From the IMG/VR virus record IMGVR_UViG_3300037466_003648, positions 32,001-96,000 of that record: DNA of 64,000 nt; one strand, written 5' to 3'. The notes beneath the pieces were generated by a model. That model had not been told where the DNA came from and searched no databases. It saw only the letters and a program-made list of their open reading frames with translations. This document shows, piece after piece, positions 46,124 through 53,319 of the stretch (position 1 is the stretch's first letter; each line of letters opens with the position of its first letter). The position numbers and the translations under genes are program-made. The stretch comes from a virus. Taxonomy: Duplodnaviria > Caudoviricetes.

Positions 46124-47455
46124 GTGTCCGACACCACCATCGACCAGGTCGTCGATCAGCAGATGGCCGAGCACGCCATCCCCGCCCCGTCCCAGGCACC
46201 CGTTTACCGGGCGCTGAGTCAGACGGAGGTAGCCGAGAAGCGTTTGGAGCGTGTCCTCGCCACCGTCGAACGTGCCATGAAGTACTTCCCCGAGAACCCG
46301 TACATGCGGGCGGGCTTGTACTGCCACGCGGCGACGTTGGAGGGGCGCGACAACCCCAAGCTGTCGCCACGTATCATCACCCCGATGATCGTGGGCAAGG
46401 CAGGCTACGGCAAGACGTCCGTGCTTCGTCAGCTGGCGCGCGACACCGGCATCGGCTACCGCGAGATCCAGCTGGGCGGCATCACCGACATCGCCGAGGT
46501 CTTCGGTCTCGTCGAGAAGATCGTCATGGCGCCTGGTGAGCGGCCCAAGACCGTGCTGGCGCTGCCCGAGTGGTGGCCCGACCCGGACACCAACCCGCAG
46601 GAAGCGGAAGGCATCATCGTCTTCGACGACGCCACCCGCGCGCTGCCGCACATCCTGCAGGCCATCATGCAGTTCGTCATCAACGGCGAGTACAACGGCC
46701 TGCGCCTGCCCGAGGGCTGGAGCTGCCAGGTGACCGCCAACCCCGCGGACGGCGAGTACAACGTGGCAGAGCTGGACCCCGCGCAGTCCTCGCGCATGCT
46801 CGTGATGGGCTACAACCGCGCGCCGGAGACCTTCCACCACCAGTGCGAGGTGCAGGAAGTCGACGAAGACATGAAGGCTTACTGGGCTTCGCACCCGGAA
46901 GAGCTGGAGGTCGCGCCGGTCGAGGTTCCGCGCCCCGACAACAACGACCGTACCAAGATGATCTGGAACCGCATCTTCACCTACATGAAGCACGACCTCA
47001 TCGTGCTCAAGATGGTGGGCAACACGATGTTCGGTTCCGCCTGGGTGACGTCCTTCCTGGCGTCGCTCAAGAAGGATCAGCCCATCGACCCGGTGTCGAT
47101 CCTGTACAACTGGGATGGCGTGAAGGAACGGATGCAGAAGTACGTCGACGCTCGTCGCACGGACCTTGTTTCCGCCACCGTCGTTCGCCTGGTGACCTGG
47201 GTCAACACGCGCGAGCTGAAGGACTTGGAAGACGAGTGCTTCTCGAACCTCGCGCACCTGGGTGCGATGCTCCCCACCAGCGACGCGCACAACCTCATCG
47301 AGCGTCTGTGCGGTAACGGTGACCGCGGCGTCCAGATCTCGATGCGGATCAAGATGCGCACCGATGGTACGCCGCGTACCGAGGAGCACATCCAGGCGTT
47401 CGGCAAGAAGATGCGCGAGGTCATCTTGAGCATCAAGACCAAACTCGGCATGTAA
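46124..47455 (+). CDS. MoxR-like AAA+ ATPase
   Basis: Walker A GKAGYGKT; IVFDDATRA; VTANP; adjacent to vWA gene. Confidence 0.85.
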   Translation: MSDTTIDQVVDQQMAEHAIPAPSQAPVYRALSQTEVAEKRLERVLATVERAMKYFPENPYMRAGLYCHAATLEGRDNPKLSPRIITPMIVGKAGYGKTSVLRQLARDTGIGYREIQLGGITDIAEVFGLVEKIVMAPGERPKTVLALPEWWPDPDTNPQEAEGIIVFDDATRALPHILQAIMQFVINGEYNGLRLPEGWSCQVTANPADGEYNVAELDPAQSSRMLVMGYNRAPETFHHQCEVQEVDEDMKAYWASHPEELEVAPVEVPRPDNNDRTKMIWNRIFTYMKHDLIVLKMVGNTMFGSAWVTSFLASLKKDQPIDPVSILYNWDGVKERMQKYVDARRTDLVSATVVRLVTWVNTRELKDLEDECFSNLAHLGAMLPTSDAHNLIERLCGNGDRGVQISMRIKMRTDGTPRTEEHIQAFGKKMREVILSIKTKLGM

Positions 47456-47650
47456 ATGTCCGAGCCGCTCCATCGGTTCGTCGACCTCCCGCTGGATGTC
47501 CAGCGGGAGGTCGCTCGTTCTTGGGCACGCGCTGCCCAAGACCTCGTGGACACCGACCACGAACCCAGTGAAAGCGCGCTCATCTATGCGTGGGAGTGTC
47601 TGCGCACGGAACCCGAAGCGAAGTTTACGGCCGACGGCCGGGAGGTTTGA
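47456..47650 (+). CDS. hypothetical protein
   Basis: coupled at both ends. Confidence 0.55.
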   Translation: MSEPLHRFVDLPLDVQREVARSWARAAQDLVDTDHEPSESALIYAWECLRTEPEAKFTADGREV

Positions 47651-47829
47651 TGCAGAGTGCTCTGGAAGACTGGGCGTGCCGCCAACTCCAAAAGGCGCAG
47701 AGTATCCTCGAAGAGTTCGCCAATGACGTTGAAGCCGTTGGTGTGCTTGATGTCGATCGAGACTGGCCGGACCTTAGCCAAACCTACCGGAAGGCACGCG
47801 CCTTCCTCGATCAGAACAAGGACAAGTAA
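47650..47829 (+). CDS. hypothetical protein
   Basis: GGAGG RBS; TGATG coupling. Confidence 0.55.
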   Translation: MQSALEDWACRQLQKAQSILEEFANDVEAVGVLDVDRDWPDLSQTYRKARAFLDQNKDK

Positions 47830-47831
47830 CA

Positions 47832-48026
47832 ATGCCGAAGACTGACAACATGGAGATGTTCCGCGAGGGTGACATCCTCACGATCTCCATCGACCTCTCC
47901 AAGCGCTACGGCGACAGTAGCACGGGCAAGACCACCACGGTCGCCAGTAGCGGCGGCTTCATGGACGTGCCGGATTCTCCCGGTATGATCCTGAGTCTCA
48001 ACCTGGCCGAGAAGAAGCCCAAGTAG
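47832..48026 (+). CDS. small conserved hypothetical protein
   Basis: LTISIDLSK-YG-SSTGKT--VASSGG. Confidence 0.7.
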   Translation: MPKTDNMEMFREGDILTISIDLSKRYGDSSTGKTTTVASSGGFMDVPDSPGMILSLNLAEKKPK

Positions 48027-48027
48027 G

Positions 48028-48056
48028 TTGACGATGCGGATCGTCTCCTGTAGGAT
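48028..48056 (+). promoter_or_regulatory. sigma70-type promoter
   Basis: TTGACG-17-TAGGAT with TG. Confidence 0.65.
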
Positions 48057-48094
48057 TGGATCATTAGATCCCTATCCGATAAGGAGACGATCCC

Positions 48095-48553
48095 ATGTCC
48101 GACGACCGCCTGGGTACCGCCCAGCTCAACCCGATCACCCCGCTGGGCAACACCGCGGGTGTGCCCGAGGCCAACCTTCCGCCCGCGACGCCGACCTACT
48201 CGGCCGACTACATCGCCGAGGCCGCGCGCCAGGCGCACGAGATCAACCGTGCCTACTCCAAGGGGTTGGGTGACCACTCCCACCTGCCGTGGGACGAGGC
48301 GCCCCAGTGGCAGAAGGACTCCGCCATCAAGGGTGTCGAGGCCGTCATTGCTGACCCCGACGTGACCCCCAAGCAGCTGCACGAATCTTGGTTGGGCGTC
48401 AAGCTCGCCGCTGGCTGGGTCTACGGCGAGGTCAAGGACGAAGACAAGAAGACCCACCCGTGCATGCTCCCGTACGAGGACTTGCCCGAAGCGCAGCGCG
48501 TCAAGGACGAGCTGTTCGGTGGCACCGTCCGTCGTGCACTGGGGATGGTGTAG
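48095..48553 (+). CDS. RyR-domain protein
   Basis: LHESW---K---GW-YG-VKD---KTHPCMLPY-DLP. Confidence 0.8.
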   Translation: MSDDRLGTAQLNPITPLGNTAGVPEANLPPATPTYSADYIAEAARQAHEINRAYSKGLGDHSHLPWDEAPQWQKDSAIKGVEAVIADPDVTPKQLHESWLGVKLAAGWVYGEVKDEDKKTHPCMLPYEDLPEAQRVKDELFGGTVRRALGMV

Positions 48554-48555
48554 CT

Positions 48556-49329
48556 GTGGAGCGCCGCATCCTCAACGTCAAGCTCACACCGCCCTCGCCC
48601 GAGAAGATCGAGGGGCTGCACAAACAGCTGGACCTGCGCATCGCGAGTCCTGCCCTGTCGGTCGACCTGCGCTCCAAGTGCCCGGCGATCTATGACCAGG
48701 GCTACCTGGGCAGCTGCACCGGCTTCGCGTCGGCCAAGGGCTTGCGCGAGATCCTGGACTTGATCGAAGGTCGCCCGCACACCGAGTTCTCCGCGCTCTT
48801 CGCGTACTGGAACGAGCGGTCGGCCGAGAAGACCATCGACCACGATGCGGGCGCCCAGATCGTGGACGCCGTGGCGGTACTCCTGCACGAGGGCGCTTGC
48901 CCCGAGGCGCTGGACCCGTACGAGATCGGTGCCTTCCGTACCGCGCCGTCGCGGGAAGCCTTCGAGGCGGCCAAGGCGCACAAGGTGACCGACGCCACGC
49001 ACTTGCGGTCGGTCTCGACCCTCATCGATTGCCTCGCCAAGGGTTACCCGGTGATCGGTGGCATCCCGGTGTACGACGGTGACAACGGGTTGGAGAGTTC
49101 CCAAGCGCTGGTCTCCGGCAACGTGGGGATGCCCAACCCCGGCGACAACATCGCTGGTGGTCACGCTGTCGTGCTCGTGGGCTACGACCTGCGGTCGCGG
49201 ACCTTCTTGGTGCGCAATAGCTGGGGTAGCAACTGGGGTGACCGCGGCTACTTCCGTCTGCCTTTCGACTACGTCGAGCAGCTGGCGAACCCGGCCACCG
49301 GCGACTGGTGGACCGTCCGCATCTACTAG
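48556..49329 (+). CDS. C1 (papain-family) cysteine peptidase
   Basis: DQG-LGSC, GGHAV-LVGY, RNSWG--WG--GYF. Confidence 0.9.
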   Translation: MERRILNVKLTPPSPEKIEGLHKQLDLRIASPALSVDLRSKCPAIYDQGYLGSCTGFASAKGLREILDLIEGRPHTEFSALFAYWNERSAEKTIDHDAGAQIVDAVAVLLHEGACPEALDPYEIGAFRTAPSREAFEAAKAHKVTDATHLRSVSTLIDCLAKGYPVIGGIPVYDGDNGLESSQALVSGNVGMPNPGDNIAGGHAVVLVGYDLRSRTFLVRNSWGSNWGDRGYFRLPFDYVEQLANPATGDWWTVRIY

Positions 49330-49512
49330 ATGCTGGTCTGCTGCGAGACGCACGGAGTTCCCCTCCTGGACGGTGGTCCAGGAGGGCTCTTCTGTCCTGC
49401 CTGTGAGTACGAAGACGCACAGGCAGCCGAGTACGTGCCGTCCGACTTCAGCACCGTCCACCCCATCACCATGGAGACAAGTTTCAAGTATGCCATCATC
49501 GTCCGAGGCTGA
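49330..49512 (+). CDS. hypothetical Zn-ribbon protein
   Basis: CETH...CPAC. Confidence 0.55.
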   Translation: MLVCCETHGVPLLDGGPGGLFCPACEYEDAQAAEYVPSDFSTVHPITMETSFKYAIIVRG

Positions 49513-49789
49513 GTGCCAACACAACTGGGTCTCGTCGGGCGAAGCCTTCATGACGAGTGACCCCGTGCACACGGTGTTCTGCACCAAGTGCGATGCACTA
49601 GATAACCGCTATCGTCAGAGCCTGGGCAACTTCACGATAGATATGTCCGCCACGGTAACCGAGATGCGTAAGCGCGGTGGCGTCTGGACGAGCACCGCGG
49701 ACTACCTGGAGAACAACCTGAAGCTGAAGCGACCCTCGCTGTGGGAGTACCGCCGCTGGGTCGAGCCCGGCACCCGGAGCTTGTCATGA
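49490..49789 (+). CDS. hypothetical protein
   Basis: CQH...CTKC; ATGA coupling; start uncertain. Confidence 0.5.
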   Translation: MPSSSEAECQHNWVSSGEAFMTSDPVHTVFCTKCDALDNRYRQSLGNFTIDMSATVTEMRKRGGVWTSTADYLENNLKLKRPSLWEYRRWVEPGTRSLS

Positions 49790-50538
49790 GCCGCCCGCTG
49801 TTCTCCACGACCGACCTGCACGGCTGCTACGACGAGACCCTGCGCGCCTTCAACCAGGCAGGGTTGGTGGTCGGTGATCGCTGGGTAGCACCTGATGTTG
49901 ACCTGGTACTGCTGGGCGACTACATCGACCGTGGCCCCAAGTCCGCGCAGCTCATCGACATGCTGATCCGCTGGGAGGCAGAGGCCCAAGCTCTGGGTTC
50001 CATCTTCACCAAGCTCATGGGCAATCATGAGATGATGATGCTGACGGCGCCGCGGCAGGTGGAGATGGCCCAGCTCTGGCTGCAGCCACATGTGGGCGGT
50101 GTCGACACCCTGGAGTCCTACGGTGTCAAGCTGAGCTACCACCTCCGACCGTTCTACGAGCCGCGCTACACCAAGGCGATCATGAAGCGGCACAAGGAGT
50201 TCTTCCTGAGCCTCAAGAGCTATCACGTCCAGAACGACATTCTGTTCGTGCACGCGGGGCTGCCACCGGGGACGACCCGCGCGCAGATGGACATCGGTGT
50301 AGGCCACCTGTGGGTTCCCCGCAACCAGTGGGTCCACAACATCGACTACACCCGGTTGATCCAGGACTTTGGGGCTCACCGCATCGCGTTTGGTCACAGC
50401 ATCCTGTTCGAGGGTCCCGTCGAGTTCTACGGTATCGCCTTGAGCACGGACACCGGTAGCTACGAGCCCGAGGGCTGCGTCACCGTCGTTCACTACCCTT
50501 CCTCCGGCGGCTTCGTCGTCGCCGGTACCTCTCGATAG
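49786..50538 (+). CDS. metallophosphoesterase (lambda phosphatase/ApaH-like)
   Basis: DLHG, GDYIDRG, GNHE, HAG, FGHS. Confidence 0.9.
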   Translation: MSRPLFSTTDLHGCYDETLRAFNQAGLVVGDRWVAPDVDLVLLGDYIDRGPKSAQLIDMLIRWEAEAQALGSIFTKLMGNHEMMMLTAPRQVEMAQLWLQPHVGGVDTLESYGVKLSYHLRPFYEPRYTKAIMKRHKEFFLSLKSYHVQNDILFVHAGLPPGTTRAQMDIGVGHLWVPRNQWVHNIDYTRLIQDFGAHRIAFGHSILFEGPVEFYGIALSTDTGSYEPEGCVTVVHYPSSGGFVVAGTSR

Positions 50539-50546
50539 GAGACTTC

Positions 50547-51215
50547 ATGAACATCCAAGAGTACCAGCTTGCCGCCGAGAAGACCTCGCCCGCCTATGGG
50601 TTGGTGGCGACGCCCTTGTCGCGTGAAGTTGACGGTGTCATGGTCCTGCACTACGGCATCGTTCCTCGGGACCAGGGTGCGAGCCGCGCTGCCTGGCGTC
50701 TGGCGAACGGCATTGCCGGGCTGGGCTCCGAGTCCTGCGAGCTGGTTGCCTTGACCCTCGACTGGGACAACCAGTTCCCGGACCTGTCGACGATCACCGC
50801 GGCCGACGAGGAAGAGCTGGTCAACCTGGTCAAGAAGGAGTTGGGGGACATCGCCTGGTACATCGCGGAGTCCGCGAGCGCCATGGGCTTCAACCTCGGC
50901 GGCATCACGAACTGGTCGAACGTCCTCGTGGACCACTGTGACTGGGGTCTCAACGCCCTGCAGGTCGCCAAGTACGCGGGTGGGGCGGCCGACTACTTCA
51001 AGAAGCTGGCGTGGCACGACAAGACCATCGACTGGGCCACGGTCGAGAGCCACTTCGCCTGTGCGCTGGGGGCCATCGCCATCCTCGCGAAGACGCTGGG
51101 CTTCACGATCGAGGACGTCCTCGACGCCAACATCGCGAAGTTGTCCGTCCGCTACGAGAAGGGCTTCTCCGGCACCACTTCGGAAGCGCGAGTCGATCTC
51201 GCCGCGGGGGCTTGA
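50547..51215 (+). CDS. MazG-like NTP pyrophosphohydrolase (internally duplicated)
   Basis: EYQ-AA-KT, KKELGDIAWY, NIAKL-VRY. Confidence 0.8.
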   Translation: MNIQEYQLAAEKTSPAYGLVATPLSREVDGVMVLHYGIVPRDQGASRAAWRLANGIAGLGSESCELVALTLDWDNQFPDLSTITAADEEELVNLVKKELGDIAWYIAESASAMGFNLGGITNWSNVLVDHCDWGLNALQVAKYAGGAADYFKKLAWHDKTIDWATVESHFACALGAIAILAKTLGFTIEDVLDANIAKLSVRYEKGFSGTTSEARVDLAAGA

Positions 51216-51241
51216 CAACCAAGGGCACTTCCGCTTAGGAT
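51212..51241 (+). promoter_or_regulatory. sigma70-type promoter for small RNA 1
   Basis: TTGACA-18-TAGGAT. Confidence 0.7.
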
Positions 51242-51247
51242 GGACTT

Positions 51248-51352
51248 GCCCGTGCCAACTGGCGTCTGTGAGGGGTGTTCCCTGTCCCCAACAGTCCACC
51301 CCGTACACAGACGAGAATCGAGCCCCCGATGTCGCGATCGGGGGCTCTTCTC
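51248..51352 (+). ncRNA. candidate antisense sRNA (about 105 nt)
   Basis: own promoter; CGTCTGTG/CACAGACG hairpin with C-rich loop; terminator 51320-51352. Confidence 0.55.
51320..51352 (+). terminator. intrinsic terminator
   Basis: GAGCCCCCGAT-GTCGCG-ATCGGGGGCTC then TTCTC. Confidence 0.65.
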
Positions 51353-51373
51353 ATGGTGATCGATCCTAACCTC

Positions 51374-51403
51374 TTGACGGACGAGCCGGGGTCATGTTAG
51401 GGT
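51374..51403 (+). promoter_or_regulatory. sigma70-type promoter for RNA 2
   Basis: TTGACG-18-TAGGGT with TG. Confidence 0.6.
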
Positions 51404-51408
51404 AGGAT

Positions 51409-51635
51409 CATCTTGGCTCTGGTGGACTGTGGGGACAGGGAGACCAACCGAGATGAAGTCGAAGGGGCTTTATACGCCAGTTCTGCTTCCAGCGTAGGTA
51501 GCGCGTTACCTGCCGTGAACCTCCCCCTGCCTCACTCCGCTGTCGCCTCCGGGTCGATGGCTCTCCTGTGTTGTCTTAGTAAGACACCATTGGATCGGCA
51601 CGAGTGAACTAGGGGTAGGGGGACACGGTTGTTTT
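51409..51635 (+). ncRNA. structured RNA 2 with 14-codon mini-ORF (51453-51497) and long 3' rod
   Basis: rod CCGTG 51513/CACGG 51628 with nested helices, followed by TTGTTTT. Confidence 0.5.
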
Positions 51636-51686
51636 GGAAGTCTCAGCTAACATTACCGCCAGTTTGCGGGCGCGCGAAGAAAGTGC

Positions 51687-51716
51687 TTGACAGATCCGTT
51701 AGGGTCATGCTACTGT
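51687..51716 (+). promoter_or_regulatory. sigma70-type promoter of the tRNA array
   Basis: TTGACA-18-TACTGT with TG. Confidence 0.7.
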
Positions 51717-51722
51717 CACTTT

Positions 51723-51941
51723 CACCGGCTGAAAGAGCCGATCGACCGAAGGAGTTTCCTGTGTTTACGATGGGCAACCAGATTGAAGGAGCCGCCAGCG
51801 GCTCGAATCAGGTCTCGATCGTGACGGTCGATCCGAGCAACGCCGGGCGCCACCCGAAGTGAGTGGCAAGTAGGTCCAAGCCTACAAGGTTCCCGCCCGG
51901 CACCCAGGTCCAAGTGACCAACGGATGCCGGGCTTCTTCTT
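51723..51941 (+). promoter_or_regulatory. structured leader, candidate attenuator with 33-codon leader ORF (51761-51862)
   Basis: GAAGGAG SD; mutually exclusive helices 51842-49/51894-901 vs 51895-902/51926-33 plus TTCTTCTT. Confidence 0.5.
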
Positions 51942-51957
51942 GGGACAACAAGTTTGT

Positions 51958-52030
51958 GGCGGAGTGGGCCAGCGGCTACGCCGGGAGTCTCATAAGCTCC
52001 AGATCGAGGGTTCGAGTCCCTCCTCCGCCC
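51958..52030 (+). tRNA. tRNA-Met or Ile2 (CAT)
   Basis: cloverleaf; GGAGT-CTCATAA-GCTCC; TTCGAGT T-loop. Confidence 0.85.
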
Positions 52031-52061
52031 CCTAATCGTACCTTGACAACCTAACACACTA

Positions 52062-52153
52062 GGGCAGATGGTCGAGAGGCCGATGGCACCTGTTTCGAAA
52101 ACAGGAGGCCGGTGTAACAAGCCGGTCCGGGGGTTCGAATCCCTCTCTGCCCG
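52062..52153 (+). tRNA. tRNA-Ser (CGA)
   Basis: CCTGT-TTCGAAA-ACAGG; long V-arm; G73. Confidence 0.9.
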
Positions 52154-52161
52154 CTTAACTT

Positions 52162-52247
52162 GGGTGGTTGGCAGAGAGGCCGATCGCGCGACTTTGCTAA
52201 AGTCGTGACCTCTATGGGGTCCGTGGGTTCGACTCCCACACCACCCG
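52162..52247 (+). tRNA. tRNA-Ser (GCT)
   Basis: CGACT-TTGCTAA-AGTCG; long V-arm. Confidence 0.9.
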
Positions 52248-52250
52248 CCT

Positions 52251-52326
52251 TGGTCTGTAGCTCAACTAGCAGAGTGCTGGATTCTGACTCCAGAGGTTGC
52301 GGGTGCGAGTCCCGTCAGACCTGCCA
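52251..52326 (+). tRNA. tRNA-Gln (CTG)
   Basis: CTGGA-TTCTGAC-TCCAG; encoded CCA. Confidence 0.85.
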
Positions 52327-52331
52327 TCAAT

Positions 52332-52404
52332 GGTCCTATCGTTCAGAGGCCAAGGACGCCGCATTGTCAATGCGGTAACACGGGTTCGAATCCCGTTAGG
52401 ACCG
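52332..52404 (+). tRNA. tRNA-Asp (GTC)
   Basis: CCGCA-TTGTCAA-TGCGG. Confidence 0.9.
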
Positions 52405-52408
52405 CCTC

Positions 52409-52467
52409 GGGCATCGCCTACCCAGACCGTGGTGACGCGGCGTAAGTAGGAGCAACGGTGTCCACCA
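52409..52467 (+). ncRNA. armless tRNA-like minihelix with G3:U70 and ACCA end
   Basis: GGGCATC/GGTGTCC 7-bp stem plus A73 and CCA; no D or T arm. Confidence 0.6.
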
Positions 52468-52471
52468 ATAT

Positions 52472-52544
52472 GCGCGTGGAGCTGGGTTGGTTCAGCGCCG
52501 CCTTGCCAAGGCGGAGTCCACGGGTTCGATCCCCGTTACGCGCT
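52472..52544 (+). tRNA. tRNA-Gly (GCC)
   Basis: CCGCC-TTGCCAA-GGCGG; U73. Confidence 0.9.
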
Positions 52545-52549
52545 CTCAT

Positions 52550-52621
52550 TGCTACGTAGCACAGCGGTAGTGCGGCGCACTGTTAATGCGAAGGTCGCTG
52601 GTTCGATCCCAGCCGTAGCAG
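52550..52621 (+). tRNA. tRNA-Asn (GTT)
   Basis: CGCA-CTGTTAA-TGCG; G73. Confidence 0.9.
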
Positions 52622-52626
52622 CCTAT

Positions 52627-52698
52627 GCCCCAGTAGCTCAATGGCAGAGCGTCTGCCTTTGGAGCAGATGGTTGTCCGTTCAAGTCGGACCTGGGGTT
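52627..52698 (+). tRNA. tRNA-Gln (TTG)
   Basis: TCTGC-CTTTGGA-GCAGA. Confidence 0.85.
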
Positions 52699-52709
52699 CT
52701 CAAGTTCCT

Positions 52710-52782
52710 GGTGATGTAGCTCAACAGGTAGAGCAAGCTCTTGATAAGGGCTAGGTCGGAGGTTCGAGTCCTCCCGTCACCA
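52710..52782 (+). tRNA. tRNA-Ile (GAT)
   Basis: AGCTC-TTGATAA-GGGCT; A73. Confidence 0.9.
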
Positions 52783-52792
52783 CCTCAAGACG

Positions 52793-52925
52793 GTCGCGGG
52801 TAGCCAAATGGGTTTAAAAGTACCCGGCGGACGAGCGGCTGGTGTTCCTACGGGACCCGGTCATCCGCCTCGACGGTCTGATCTAGCGGAAGGACGCTCC
52901 GCAAGTGGGTGAGAATCCCACACCC
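52793..52925 (+). ncRNA. unassigned structured RNA (junction plus T-arm-like hairpin)
   Basis: GTCG/CGAC, GGGTA/TACCC and GGCGGA/TCCGCC helices; GTGGG-TGAGAAT-CCCAC. Confidence 0.45.
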
Positions 52926-52928
52926 TTT

Positions 52929-52999
52929 GGGTCTATAGCTCAATGGCAGAGCTGCCGACTCTTAATCGGTAGATCAGAGTTCGACTCTCTGTGGACCCA
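52929..52999 (+). tRNA. tRNA-Lys (CTT)
   Basis: GCCGA-CTCTTAA-TCGGT. Confidence 0.9.
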
Positions 53000-53003
53000 C
53001 TCC

Positions 53004-53075
53004 GCCGGTGTGGCTCAATGGTACAGCAGTTGATTTGTAATCAACCACCTCTCGGTTCAAGTCCGGGTACCGGCA
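53004..53075 (+). tRNA. tRNA-Thr (TGT)
   Basis: GTTGA-TTTGTAA-TCAAC. Confidence 0.9.
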
Positions 53076-53088
53076 TCGCACAGTTCTC

Positions 53089-53161
53089 GCTGGTGTAGCT
53101 CAGTTGGTAGAGCGGCTGCTTCGTAAGCAGCGGGTCACGAGTTCGATTCTTGTCACCAGCA
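53089..53161 (+). tRNA. tRNA-Thr (CGT)
   Basis: GCTGC-TTCGTAA-GCAGC. Confidence 0.9.
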
Positions 53162-53166
53162 CCTAC

Positions 53167-53238
53167 GGTCGTCTGGCGCAACGGTGGCGCGGCTCCTTTA
53201 CACGGAGAGGGTTCAGGGTTCGAGTCCCTGGATGACCA
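53167..53238 (+). tRNA. tRNA-Val (TAC)
   Basis: CTCC-TTTACAC-GGAG. Confidence 0.88.
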
Positions 53239-53242
53239 CTAA

Positions 53243-53314
53243 CGGAATGTACGCAAGGGGTATGCGGTCTGCTTTGGGAGCAGGAAGTCGGGGGTTCAAA
53301 TCCCTCCATTCCGA
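53243..53314 (+). tRNA. tRNA-Pro (TGG)
   Basis: TCTGC-TTTGGGA-GCAGG; CGG start, A73. Confidence 0.9.
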
Positions 53315-53319
53315 CCTTT

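Noticed and set aside
43760-47560. 1266-aa minus-strand ORF and other long antisense ORFs (4739-7114, 18404-20254, 61919-63832, and 33725-36283 on +)
   Set aside because: They mirror recognisable opposite-strand genes; high GC3 codon use removes antisense stops; no RBS or domain motifs
51409-51941. RNase P, SRP or 6S RNA identity for the upstream RNAs
   Set aside because: No GAGGAAAGTCC/P4 motif, no SRP GGAA-loop motif, and no clear 6S central bubble by eye; an Rfam scan would settle it
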